Shown here: positions 31,416 to 41,022 of the stretch, one piece after another | Numbering within the stretch: the first letter of the stretch is position 1 | How the letters are laid out: every line of letters starts with the position of its first letter | Assembly (NCBI GenBank): GCA_965228895.1 | Contig: OZ245842.1 | Location: 4,896,001 to 4,960,000, forward strand | Direction of reading: 5' to 3' | DNA: 64,000 bases | Source of the DNA: Alphaproteobacteria bacterium | GTDB lineage: Bacteria > Pseudomonadota > Alphaproteobacteria > SP197 | Translations under genes and position numbers: made by a program | The notes under the pieces: model-generated | Databases searched by the model: none | Told to the model about the DNA's origin: nothing | The model's input: the letters and a program-made list of their open reading frames with translations, nothing else

Positions 31416-31504
31416 GAGTCGACGGCGCAAACCTGTTGCGCCGCGCGCGCCAACCATCAAACCTGGGGCTCATCGTCACCACACCGTTCAACCAGGAGAC
31501 CGCC

Positions 31505-32191
31505 ATGACAGCGGACCTCGACTTCTCACGCCTCGACGAACTCGGCGCGCTTTCGGTTCCCGAATGGTCGCGGGGCGTTTGGCGTCGAACCTTCGGCCGC
31601 TATCCCGGCCGCGACGACAAGATGACCGAGGTGATCTGGATCCAGACGCCGACGCTCTATGCGGATATCCGTGTCGCCGCGCCCGACGATCCCTCGCCCG
31701 AGGCCAGGGACGAAGGGTTCGCCGGCTGGCTCGATGTCGCTGATCAGGTTTGCACCTGGCACCGGCCGGTCGACCTTCACCCCCGGCCGGAAGGCGGCGA
31801 CCAGGGCGCCATGTATCTGGACAACGATGTCATGATCGAGGTCGGCCTTTTGGCCAATTACATGGAGGAGTATCAACGGATCGATCCGGCGACCCGCTGC
31901 TTTGCGGCGTCGCGCGGCACCTTTACCACCTCTGACGGCAAGGTGCGTTTCGCGCCGGACGGCCCGGTCGAGATCCTGGTCTCTGCAGGCCCGCATGTCA
32001 TCCACGCCCGGCGCGACGGTGCGAGCGGGCTGCGCTATGGCCGTTTCGACGGACCTGATCATGCCGTCCGGTTTGATAGGTGTGTCGGCGACAACGCCGT
32101 GCTGGCGGGAGGGGGTGGACCGTGGACCGTATGGACAAACGAACTCGACGACGAGATGGGTGAATATCTCGTCGATCAGGTAGCGCGGTAA
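31505..32191 (+). CDS. Hypothetical protein
   Basis: CAGGAG RBS; GVWRR...WIQTPTLYADIR...GFAG...WHRPVD pattern, beta-rich. Confidence 0.7.
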   Translation: MTADLDFSRLDELGALSVPEWSRGVWRRTFGRYPGRDDKMTEVIWIQTPTLYADIRVAAPDDPSPEARDEGFAGWLDVADQVCTWHRPVDLHPRPEGGDQGAMYLDNDVMIEVGLLANYMEEYQRIDPATRCFAASRGTFTTSDGKVRFAPDGPVEILVSAGPHVIHARRDGASGLRYGRFDGPDHAVRFDRCVGDNAVLAGGGGPWTVWTNELDDEMGEYLVDQVAR

Positions 32192-32195
32192 GTCG

Positions 32196-33995
32196 TCACG
32201 CCTGTTTGCCCGCGCGCATGCGAAGATAGCTGACCACACGATCGTTCAGGAGCTGGTAGTTGTCTCTCAGATAAGGCGTGTAGGCGATGTTCGAGAAGTC
32301 GAAAAGATTCATGGCCGCGTTGGCCTCGAAGACGACGGGTCGACCATCGCGATCGATGGCGAAGTCGAAGCCTAGGACATCAAGCGGTGTCTTGGCGAGC
32401 AGCGGGGCGAACACCTGGCTGCGGTCGAAACCCAAAAACTTGTCGGGGTCGGCGATGAAGGACTGCTCAACCTTGTCAAATCCGCGTTCGTGCCAGACGG
32501 GCTCGCGCCGCAAGTTTTCATGGGACTGAAAGCCGAAGTAGGTGTTGACCTTATCCGGCAGGATCTCGCCACCGACAACGGCGGCCCGGCATTGATGCGC
32601 GATGCCATCTTCGTTTCTACATTCGTGATACTGGATGATGTAGCTCTCTTTGATATCCGGCGAGGAGATCTGCTCGCGTAGCGAATCGGAGTCGTCGATC
32701 AGGCGCATGCCCTCGCCCAGATTCGTGTGTGCCGGTCGTAACAGAACAGGCCAGATGAAGTCCGATTCAACCTCCGCCAGAATTTGGTCAACCGGTGTCT
32801 CCGCCGGCGAGAAACGCCGCGTGCATGGAAACACAAAGCTTGTTTCATTGTCGAACTTGCGACTGTTGTCTTCCCGGCCGCACTGAGCCACCGCTTCGGC
32901 AGGGTTGACGACGGTGACGCCGTCAAACGCGGCTACTATTTCGCCATAGTGGTCTTGTGTCTCGTCATGGACGAGCTCTTTGACCGCTAGGTTGTTGACA
33001 ATGATATCCGGGCGCGGTCCGGACCTCGCCAACCGACTAGCCGTGCCGCTCGACACAGGTGCGTGCACGACGCGTAGATCCGGTCCCGTCAGATAGGCGA
33101 TAAAGTTGTGCTCCTGGTACTGACCGAAATCTCCGCGCATGAAAAAGGCCGGACTGGCGAACTCAAGCACGAGAACCGTCAGGCCGGCACCTTCATGGTG
33201 ATTACTTGGCGCGCGAACGCTGAACGGCTTGAGATCCAAGGCCCGCTCAACCTCGACCATGGCGCCGGCGTTGTCGCCCGCACCGCATCGCGCGACCGAC
33301 AGCAAGGCCACAGTATCGAAGTGATCGGCCTCGGCAGCATCGGCTTCGTGCAACACGGGCACGGCTTCGTCATAGCGTTCCAACTGGCAGAGCGCGGCGC
33401 CGAGCAGACGCGCGTTGGCTGTCTGGGTCACGCCGAGATCACGCGCGCGTTGCGCCGCCTCGGCCGCCTCATCCAGCCGTGCACTTCTCCAGTAGAGCCC
33501 GGCCAAGCGATGATGGAGCGATCCGTCGTCGCCATGACGCGACACGACGGCCTCCAGCTTGGCAATGGCGCTCTCATAATCCGACTGCGCGACGCAGACA
33601 TCGGCGAACAGGAGGGCCGCAAACGTGCTCGTCGGAAAGCGTGTTGAGAGCGCATCGACCGCCTTTCTGGCGGCATCAAGCCGGCCCCGGCGCAGATGGA
33701 CATAGGCGGCGACATAACCGGCCGCCAAACTGTTCGCGTGTTTCGACCGCAGCGCCTTGACGACCGTGTCCGCCGCCTGATCCTTCTTGGCGCGTAGCGC
33801 GATATCGACGGCGAGACGCGCGATCTCGGCCCGATCCGGGTTCTGAACCGCGAGCGTTCGCGCGGCCATCACCGCATCCGCGACCTTGCCGTCGTCTTCA
33901 AGCTTGAGGATCTCGTCGATACGCCGGAACAACGCCTGCGGCGGCATCGCCTGTGGTGCAGGGGGTCTGGTCTTAAGGTTGCGTTTCTTCGGCAC
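32196..33995 (-). CDS. TPR-repeat protein with C-terminal ATP-grasp-like domain
   Basis: N-terminal TPR-like helices; WPVLLRPAHTNLGEGM, YIIQY, LGFDFAIDRDGRPVVFEANAAM; start uncertain (33995 GTG or 33947 ATG). Confidence 0.75.
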   Translation of the reverse strand: MPKKRNLKTRPPAPQAMPPQALFRRIDEILKLEDDGKVADAVMAARTLAVQNPDRAEIARLAVDIALRAKKDQAADTVVKALRSKHANSLAAGYVAAYVHLRRGRLDAARKAVDALSTRFPTSTFAALLFADVCVAQSDYESAIAKLEAVVSRHGDDGSLHHRLAGLYWRSARLDEAAEAAQRARDLGVTQTANARLLGAALCQLERYDEAVPVLHEADAAEADHFDTVALLSVARCGAGDNAGAMVEVERALDLKPFSVRAPSNHHEGAGLTVLVLEFASPAFFMRGDFGQYQEHNFIAYLTGPDLRVVHAPVSSGTASRLARSGPRPDIIVNNLAVKELVHDETQDHYGEIVAAFDGVTVVNPAEAVAQCGREDNSRKFDNETSFVFPCTRRFSPAETPVDQILAEVESDFIWPVLLRPAHTNLGEGMRLIDDSDSLREQISSPDIKESYIIQYHECRNEDGIAHQCRAAVVGGEILPDKVNTYFGFQSHENLRREPVWHERGFDKVEQSFIADPDKFLGFDRSQVFAPLLAKTPLDVLGFDFAIDRDGRPVVFEANAAMNLFDFSNIAYTPYLRDNYQLLNDRVVSYLRMRAGKQA

Positions 33996-34207
33996 GCGAC
34001 TGTTATCCTTGTTGGCGGACTCGTCATCGGCACAATGGCCCCGACAAGCTTCGTCGTTTGCCGGGAACGGCCGCACGGCATTGAACGACCAGTGTGTCGC
34101 GCATTAAGCGGCACGAGTAGTGATGGTTGCCGCAGGAAGGGCTTTCTACCCCTTTTGTCGCAGCCAAAACAACTGGACCCAGGCGCTCAACCCGTTAGCC
34201 TCGCGCC

Positions 34208-35719
34208 ATGGTTGCGCACGTGACGACGGTTGCCCTGGCGGGCATCCAGGCGGTGCCGGTGGAGGTCCAGGTCTCCGTTGCCGCCGGCATGCCGTCCTTC
34301 GCCATCGTCGGACTGGCCGATAAGGCCGTCGCCGAGAGCCGGGAACGGGTGCGCGCCGCGCTCGGCGCCATTGCGCTGGCCCTGCCGCCCAAACGCATCA
34401 CGGTCAACCTCGCGCCGGCCGACCTGGTCAAGGAAGGCAGCCATTATGATCTGCCCATCGCCGTCGGCTTGATGGTCGCGCTGGGCGCGCTGCCCGCCGA
34501 TGCCGCCGAGGAATATCTCGTGCTCGGCGAACTGGGACTGGACGGGCGCATCAGCCCGGTCGCCGGCGTGCTGCCGGCCGCGATCGCCGCTGCGAGGGCC
34601 GAGAAGAACCTGATCTGTCCGGCGGCCAACGGCTCGGAAGCCGCCTGGGCCGGCGCGGTCGAGGTGGTGGCGCCCGATCACCTGCTGGCCCTGGTCAATC
34701 ACTTGCGGGGCACCCAGGTTCTGGCGCCGCCCGAGCCACAACTTGCCGACGACACCCGCGACGCGCCGGATCTCAAGGACATCAAGGGCCAGGAGGCGGC
34801 GAAGCGGGCGCTGGAGATCGCCGCGGCCGGCGGCCACAACCTCTTGATGATCGGCCCGCCCGGCGCCGGCAAATCGATGCTGGCCCAGCGCCTTGCCGGC
34901 ATTCTGCCGCCGCTGGCACCGGAAGAGGCGTTGGAGACGAGCCTGATCGCGTCGGTCGCCGGCGAACTCGCGGGCGGCCGGGTCAGCCGGCGCCGGCCGT
35001 TCCGCGATCCCCATCATTCCGCCAGCATGGCGGCCTTGGTCGGCGGTGGCATGAAAGCCAAGCCGGGCGAGGCGGCACTCGCCCATAACGGTGTTCTCTT
35101 TCTGGACGAACTGCCGGAGTTCCAGCGCCAGGTGTTGGACGCGCTGCGCCAGCCGGTCGAGAGCGGCGAATGCGTCGTCGCGCGCGCCAACCATCACGTC
35201 ACCTATCCCGCGCGTTTCCAACTGGTCGCCGCCATGAACCCCTGTCGCTGCGGTTATCTCTCCGACCCCGAACGTGCCTGCAGCCGCGCGCCACGTTGTG
35301 CCGCCGATTACCAGGCGCGTATCTCAGGCCCGATGTTTGACCGCATCGATCTGCACGTGGAGGTACCGGAGGTCGCGGCTGCCGATCTCGCCCTGCCGCC
35401 GCCCGCCGAGGGTTCAGCGGAGGTCGCCCGCCGCGTCGCCGCCGCGCGCGCCACCCAAGCGGAGCGGTATCGCGATCAGCCCGGCCTGCTGATCAACGCG
35501 CGTGCCGACGGTGAGGTTCTTGACGCCATCGCCAAACCGGATGCGCCCGGCCAACAGCTTCTGAGCGATGCCACCGACCGCTTACGCCTTTCCGCGCGCG
35601 GCTATCACCGCGTGCTGCGCGTCGCCCGCACCATCGCCGATCTTGCCGGCGCCTCATCGGTCGGGCGCGTGCACCTGGCCGAGGCACTCGGCTACCGGCG
35701 GATCATACTGGAGCGTTAG
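34208..35719 (+). CDS. comM: YifB/ComM family Mg-chelatase-like AAA+ ATPase
   Basis: ITVNLAPAD, GPPGAGKS, LAHNGVLFLDELPEF, AMNPCRCG, LSARGY. Confidence 0.93.
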   Translation: MVAHVTTVALAGIQAVPVEVQVSVAAGMPSFAIVGLADKAVAESRERVRAALGAIALALPPKRITVNLAPADLVKEGSHYDLPIAVGLMVALGALPADAAEEYLVLGELGLDGRISPVAGVLPAAIAAARAEKNLICPAANGSEAAWAGAVEVVAPDHLLALVNHLRGTQVLAPPEPQLADDTRDAPDLKDIKGQEAAKRALEIAAAGGHNLLMIGPPGAGKSMLAQRLAGILPPLAPEEALETSLIASVAGELAGGRVSRRRPFRDPHHSASMAALVGGGMKAKPGEAALAHNGVLFLDELPEFQRQVLDALRQPVESGECVVARANHHVTYPARFQLVAAMNPCRCGYLSDPERACSRAPRCAADYQARISGPMFDRIDLHVEVPEVAAADLALPPPAEGSAEVARRVAAARATQAERYRDQPGLLINARADGEVLDAIAKPDAPGQQLLSDATDRLRLSARGYHRVLRVARTIADLAGASSVGRVHLAEALGYRRIILER

Positions 35720-35748
35720 GGCCGGACGCGTTTGGCAAGGCCGGCGAT

Positions 35749-35774
35749 GGGACCGGGCGCCGCCGCCCGGTCCC
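35749..35774. terminator. Hairpin between convergent comM and SBP genes
   Basis: GGGACCGGGCG-CCGC-CGCCCGGTCCC, perfect 11-bp stem. Confidence 0.6.
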
Positions 35775-35802
35775 GGGCATCGGTATGAGACCGATCAAGA
35801 TT

Positions 35803-36735
35803 TCAGGAACCGGCCATCGCCTGATCGACCATGGGCTGCCAGACATCCTGATTGTTGTCCAACCACTCCGCCGTCGCGTCCATGAGATCGACACCGTCGT
35901 TGTCGACCCGGCCCATCAACTCTTCCTGGGTCGCGTTGTCGACCGTGAAGTTCATGATGAAGCGCGATGCCACCGGCCACTTGTCAACCATGCCGGGCCA
36001 ACCGGCCTTGAAGACGCGCGGCTTTTGCAGGCTGTACTTGTTGACCAGGTCTTCCGGGATCTCGACCCAGCCGTGGTCGTTGTCGAAAAGGGCCCAATGG
36101 GGCGCCCAGAACATCATGACCAAGGCCGACTGACGCGCCACCGAGGATTTGAGCTCGGCCACGAGCGCACCTTCGCTGCCCGCGGGAACAACGTCGAAAG
36201 GCAGACCTTCTTCGCGCACCAGGTCGCCGCCACGGCTTTGCCATTCGGCCGGATAGTCGAGATAACGTCCGTTTGGAACGGTCTCGGCCGTCGAGAAAAT
36301 CTCCGAGCAGCCCAGGAACGCATCCCAATCGGGAAGCCCAGGGCACAGTTCTTCAACGTGTTTGGGGTAGAGCCAACCTTCGCGGGCGTCGATGCCGACC
36401 TCACCAAGGTCGATGACCTCGCCTTTTTCGATCAGCGACGGCCACATCTCGCCGAGGTTGTTGTCCCATAACTCCGGCGCATAGGTGATTTCACCTTCGG
36501 CTACCGCCGGCGCCATGGCGATCGCGCCGATCGCGACATACTCAATGTTGTAACCCATGCGCTGCAAAATCTGACCGGCCAAGGCCGCGTTGATCGTCTC
36601 ACCCGTCCAGTTGTTCATGGGAATGATGATCGGATCGTCGGACTCAGGCACGTCTGCCAGTGCGCCGCCGGACAATGTCAGAACCACGATGGCGCTTGCC
36701 AACATGCTCAAGGCCAATCTTCTGGCGTAATCCAT
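35803..36735 (-). CDS. Glycine betaine/proline-type ABC substrate-binding protein
   Basis: Signal peptide; NNWTG, ELW, EGWLYP..CPGLPDW, FWAPHW; GGAGG RBS. Confidence 0.85.
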   Translation of the reverse strand: MDYARRLALSMLASAIVVLTLSGGALADVPESDDPIIIPMNNWTGETINAALAGQILQRMGYNIEYVAIGAIAMAPAVAEGEITYAPELWDNNLGEMWPSLIEKGEVIDLGEVGIDAREGWLYPKHVEELCPGLPDWDAFLGCSEIFSTAETVPNGRYLDYPAEWQSRGGDLVREEGLPFDVVPAGSEGALVAELKSSVARQSALVMMFWAPHWALFDNDHGWVEIPEDLVNKYSLQKPRVFKAGWPGMVDKWPVASRFIMNFTVDNATQEELMGRVDNDGVDLMDATAEWLDNNQDVWQPMVDQAMAGS

Positions 36736-36771
36736 GGAAACCTCCGGTTTGTTAGCTGTCATGTCGCAATT

Positions 36772-36830
36772 TCAGACCAGAGTGCTCGTATCGGCATTGA
36801 CTTGGTTACAATCTGGTCTGATACTGGTCC
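36772..36830 (+). promoter_or_regulatory. Promoter and operator array of the GntR gene
   Basis: TTGACT-N17-GATACT; TGGT at 36803, 36814 and 36825 (11-bp period); inverted TCAGACCAGA/TCTGGTCTGA pair. Confidence 0.65.
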
Positions 36831-36831
36831 T

Positions 36832-37572
36832 ATGGAAGATCCAACTAACATGGACGGCCTGACCGCGCAAGTTCTGCGCTATGACGACGTCGCCCAGCGC
36901 ATTGAGCGAGAGATCAGCGATGGCAACTTGAGCGAAGGAGATCGTCTGCTCGGCGAGCGGGAGCTGGCGCAGGTTTTGGGCGTCAGCCGGGTCACCGTTC
37001 GCCGCGCCTTGGCGAAGCTAAAATCGCGTGGCCTGGTCAAGTCCGACGAAACCCGGGGCTGGTTTGTCAAAAAGGCCGCCGTGAAAGAGCAAAACGTGCT
37101 CCGCAGCTTCACGGAACTGGCCAAGCTTCGCGGCATGACAACGCGATCGCATGTCGTCTCCCTGCAGGTGCGCGAAGCGACGATCGAAGAGTTCGAGCTG
37201 TTCAAAATCGGGGCCGGCGCGATGGTATTCGAGATCGAACGCACCCGGTTCATGAACGCAGAACCGATCGCCCTTGAGGTAAGCCGGGTTCCACAGATGC
37301 GTTGCCCCAACCTCGCCAACGCCGATCTTGAAAACGGGTCGCTGCACGCGGAACTGAGACGGGCCGGTGCCGCCCCGATGCGGGCGGACTATACACTGAC
37401 CGCCAAAGCCGCGACCGCTGAGGAAGCGGCGATGCTGGAACTTTCTCCTGGAGCGCCGTTGTTTGTCGCCAACGCGATCGCGCGAGACGCGAGGGGCGAC
37501 GCCGTCGAAATCAGCTATTCGCTGTTTCGAGCCGATCGCTACAGTTTCAACACGACCCTTGCGGCCCAATGA
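36832..37572 (+). CDS. GntR (HutC/UTRA) family regulator
   Basis: GERELAQVLGVSRVTVRRAL HTH; UTRA domain (SFTE...RADRY). Confidence 0.92.
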   Translation: MEDPTNMDGLTAQVLRYDDVAQRIEREISDGNLSEGDRLLGERELAQVLGVSRVTVRRALAKLKSRGLVKSDETRGWFVKKAAVKEQNVLRSFTELAKLRGMTTRSHVVSLQVREATIEEFELFKIGAGAMVFEIERTRFMNAEPIALEVSRVPQMRCPNLANADLENGSLHAELRRAGAAPMRADYTLTAKAATAEEAAMLELSPGAPLFVANAIARDARGDAVEISYSLFRADRYSFNTTLAAQ

Positions 37573-37738
37573 GTGGCCGCGGTGACCTGTCCGGATGTTG
37601 ACACGGGTCAGTCGGGATCGTGCGCGGCGCGGAGGAACGTGGCGTTGCGGCACCGTGCCGATGGTCGACAAGCCCGGCCGGCACGCCATACCGATCCAAC
37701 CCGTACGTTCGAATTCGTAATGCGAGGGACCAACGACC

Positions 37739-38605
37739 ATGGCCTATAGAAGTTCTCCGCGGCCCAACTTCAAGGAGCCGACGGCAATCCCCTATGCCGA
37801 GGTTACCCGCTATCTGTGGGGCGATGACGAAGCCGGTCGGGTCAATGACTGGATTTACGCGTCGAGCGAAAAGATCCACCAGCTTGTCTTTGGGGTGCCG
37901 GCAGGTGGTGGGTTTCGTCATTCGGAGTCGTTTCGCACCATCTTCGGCGCCGACGAGGTACTGATCGTCCTGCAAGGCAGAATGGTCATCGCGAACCCTG
38001 AAACAGGTGAGGTTCAGGTGGCGGAAACCGGAGATTCCGTCCTGTTTCGTAAGGATACCTGGCACAACGCTTTTGCCCTTCCCGGCGAGGAGCTTCGCGT
38101 TCTCGAATACTTCGCGCCGCCGCCCTCAACCGGGACATCCGGCAAGTACGCACAGGCCAAACCGTTCTTGTCCGATCCGAAATTCGTGCGTGATCAGTTC
38201 TTTGGAAACTGGCCGCAAACACGCCAGGAAGCCGACGAGGCCGGACACTTCACCATGATCGGAAGGTCCGAGCGGCTATGGTCGATGTGCTCCGGCGATC
38301 CACGGGCATTGACCGGTGTCATCGCGTCTACGGACGAATTGACTGCCGCCGAGGTTGTTTTGTCACCCGGCGGTCGGACGTCGGCGAAACATCATGGCGG
38401 CGACTGCGTGATCTATGCCGACAGGGGCCGCGCCAATCTGCTGTTGCCCGAGAAAGAGGACGGCGGTCCCGACTGGTTCGAACTGGCGCCGGGCGATGGC
38501 TACTTTCTGCCGCAGGGCAGCGTGTACCAACTCTACAACATGGGTACCGAGACGGCCGGCCTGTACATCGGCGTCGCACCGACATTTCTCGGCGAGACTG
38601 TATGA
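37739..38605 (+). CDS. Bicupin domain protein
   Basis: Two cupin-like barrels (FRHSE...E...FRKDTWH; HHGGD...GDGYFLPQG). Confidence 0.75.
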   Translation: MAYRSSPRPNFKEPTAIPYAEVTRYLWGDDEAGRVNDWIYASSEKIHQLVFGVPAGGGFRHSESFRTIFGADEVLIVLQGRMVIANPETGEVQVAETGDSVLFRKDTWHNAFALPGEELRVLEYFAPPPSTGTSGKYAQAKPFLSDPKFVRDQFFGNWPQTRQEADEAGHFTMIGRSERLWSMCSGDPRALTGVIASTDELTAAEVVLSPGGRTSAKHHGGDCVIYADRGRANLLLPEKEDGGPDWFELAPGDGYFLPQGSVYQLYNMGTETAGLYIGVAPTFLGETV

Positions 38606-39525
38606 GTGACGCATTGCAACCCGGCGCCTCGATCGCGCTGGGTATCGATATAGGTGCGACAAAGATCGCGGCCGGTCTTGTTAACACGTCAACCGGTGCC
38701 ATCGTTGTTCAGGAACGGATTGCCACCGATCCCGAAGGAGATGCGGGCCGTATCTTCGATGACATAAAATCCTTGTCCGCGAAGCTGATCCAGATTGCAT
38801 CGGACCGTGGATTAAGCGTGCGCGGCATTGGTTTGGGACTTTGTGAGATTGTTGATCATCAGGGAGTGATCGCCAGTCACACACTTGCGAACTGGACGTC
38901 CGTCAACTTCCACCAGATTGCGGATAAAATTCCGGTAAACCTGGTATCCGATGTGCGCGCGGCGGGTTTGGCGGAGCTACGAGTTGGTTCCGCCCGTGGC
39001 GTGTCTCATGGTCTCTATGTGTCGATCGGGTCGGGCATTAGCTCTTGCCTCATTCTCGATGGAAAACCCTATGCCGGAGCCCATGGCGCGGCGTTGGTCC
39101 TGGCCACAGCGCGGACTCAATCGTCGTGCTGGCGTTGCGGTGAGACGATGACGACCAGCGTGGAGGAGATCGCGTCCGGTCACGGCATCGAGCGAACCTA
39201 TGACCCCGAGCGCCGCTACAGTGCGCGCGACATCCTGGCTCTCGCGCAGGAAGGCGATCGGCGCGCCCGGGAGATCGTGGACACGGCCGCCAAGGTGGCC
39301 GGAGAAGCCATTGGCGCTCTAGCGAACTGCACGGACCCGGAACTGATTGTCATCGGCGGCGGTCTGGGCAGCGCGAGCGAACGCTACCGGACAAACCTCA
39401 CAGAGGCGGTCCGGCAGGCCCGCTGGTCCGGGATGCCACATGAGATCCGCATCAAACCGGCGGCGATGGGCCCCGACGCGGGTCTTGTTGGCGCTGCCAT
39501 GGCCTTTCACGAGGCCCTTCATTGA
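38602..39525 (+). CDS. ROK family sugar kinase-like protein
   Basis: LGIDIGATKI, SDVRAAGLAE, IGSGI, VIGGGL, AGLVGAA; ATGA overlap with the cupin gene. Confidence 0.85.
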   Translation: MSDALQPGASIALGIDIGATKIAAGLVNTSTGAIVVQERIATDPEGDAGRIFDDIKSLSAKLIQIASDRGLSVRGIGLGLCEIVDHQGVIASHTLANWTSVNFHQIADKIPVNLVSDVRAAGLAELRVGSARGVSHGLYVSIGSGISSCLILDGKPYAGAHGAALVLATARTQSSCWRCGETMTTSVEEIASGHGIERTYDPERRYSARDILALAQEGDRRAREIVDTAAKVAGEAIGALANCTDPELIVIGGGLGSASERYRTNLTEAVRQARWSGMPHEIRIKPAAMGPDAGLVGAAMAFHEALH

Positions 39526-39572
39526 TCAGGGCGCGGCATGGCGCTCGGCTATTGGCAGATCATCTTTAAAAG

Positions 39573-40397
39573 TCAGAGCTGTTTGATCGCCGTCGCGTAG
39601 AGCACGTTGGTGTTGACCCTGTCGGCGGCGCGTTCGCGGATCGCCTTCAGGTTCGCTCGTCGGACCCGCTCGACCGCGGCCGGCTCCATTTGTTCGACGG
39701 TCCAGCGGAAGCCTGAACCGAGCACGATGCTCCACCAGTCCTCGGGCCGCGCCAACGGCTGATGACCGTCTTCGGCAATGACCAGGGCGCCTGGAATGTC
39801 GGCCTTGTTCATCGTGGCGAGCAAGGACTCCGGTTCGACGATGGTGTCCCAAGGGTTAAAGCTGCGTGCGAGATCAGGCCGCTCATCGGCCACGCTGTGC
39901 CAAAAGATGGACGCACCGGGCTCGACGAAGTCCTCGCCCCATGTGGTGATGGCAAGCGTGCCGCCGGGGCGCACCAGACGCCACAGCTCTCTTGCCTGGC
40001 GTGCGATGTCGGGCGCGAAGAAGATCGTGAAGACACAGACCACCGCATCGAAGCTTGCGTCGTCGAACGCGGGCGAGGTCATGTCGCCGTAACAAAACGT
40101 CGCCTGTGTCAGGCCGCGCCATCGCGCCTTCGTGCGCGCCTTGTCCAACAGCCGGTCGGCGATATCGACGCCGATGACCCGGCCGGCCGGTCCGACGATT
40201 TCGGCCGCCGGTAGGGCCGACGCGCCGGAGCCACAGCCGACGTCGAGCACACGCCCACCGGGCTTCAGGTTAAGCCGCTCGACGGTACGTCGGCCGTAAC
40301 GGTCCCAGAACGACAGCGGCGCATCATCGAAATGATCAGCGGCGGCGTTATAGGTGGCGGCCGACTTTTGGCGCGCCGCCTCATAGGGGTTCTGCAT
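39573..40397 (-). CDS. Class I SAM-dependent methyltransferase
   Basis: VLDVGCGSG, GVDIA, FDAVVC, LVRPGG. Confidence 0.9.
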   Translation of the reverse strand: MQNPYEAARQKSAATYNAAADHFDDAPLSFWDRYGRRTVERLNLKPGGRVLDVGCGSGASALPAAEIVGPAGRVIGVDIADRLLDKARTKARWRGLTQATFCYGDMTSPAFDDASFDAVVCVFTIFFAPDIARQARELWRLVRPGGTLAITTWGEDFVEPGASIFWHSVADERPDLARSFNPWDTIVEPESLLATMNKADIPGALVIAEDGHQPLARPEDWWSIVLGSGFRWTVEQMEPAAVERVRRANLKAIRERAADRVNTNVLYATAIKQL

Positions 40398-40481
40398 CGT
40401 CGCGTCCTTCTGTTGAGCTCCGATGGTCGGGACCCGGCCGCCATGACATGGCCGGGCCCCTTCCTCCTCCGGCGGCGAGAC

Positions 40482-40997
40482 CTAACTGCCGGCCTTGAGA
40501 TTGGCGATGCGGTCGCTGACCCGGTGACCCTCGTGCCACCACTTGGGCCAGCCGCCGTAGAGAATGGCGACGTCGTCATAGCCAAGAGTGCTGAGCATCC
40601 AGAACAGACGCGTGGCATGCAGGCCACCCTGGTCGCCATAAATGACAATGCGGTTGCCTTTCTGAATGTCGCGCGCGCTCAAAAGACTCACGAGTTCGGC
40701 ATCGTCCCGGAACGCGCCGTCGAACGGGCCTCGCGGATCGATGACCGTATCGGCAAACAGATGGACCGCGCCGGGAATGTGACCTTCGGCAAATGCGAAC
40801 GGGTCCCTGACATCGACGATGCGCAGGTTGTCGGTAAGGCCAAGGCCCGGCTCGTCGATCAGGACGGCGAGATCAACGGTCTCGACCAGCAGGTCGCCGT
40901 TTGGATCGTGGGCGCTCGTCGCTGTCGGCGCCATGAGTGCGGTCGCCAACAGACCGGCGGCGGTCAGGCTCAGCAATGTGTTGCGTGACGTGTTCAT
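40482..40997 (-). CDS. Exported single rhodanese-homology domain protein
   Basis: Signal peptide; IVDVR...GHIPGA, VIYGDQGGLHATRLFW, LYGGWPKW; no catalytic Cys. Confidence 0.8.
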   Translation of the reverse strand: MNTSRNTLLSLTAAGLLATALMAPTATSAHDPNGDLLVETVDLAVLIDEPGLGLTDNLRIVDVRDPFAFAEGHIPGAVHLFADTVIDPRGPFDGAFRDDAELVSLLSARDIQKGNRIVIYGDQGGLHATRLFWMLSTLGYDDVAILYGGWPKWWHEGHRVSDRIANLKAGS

Positions 40998-41022
40998 GAT
41001 TCTATCTCCCCCAACTGGCCGG

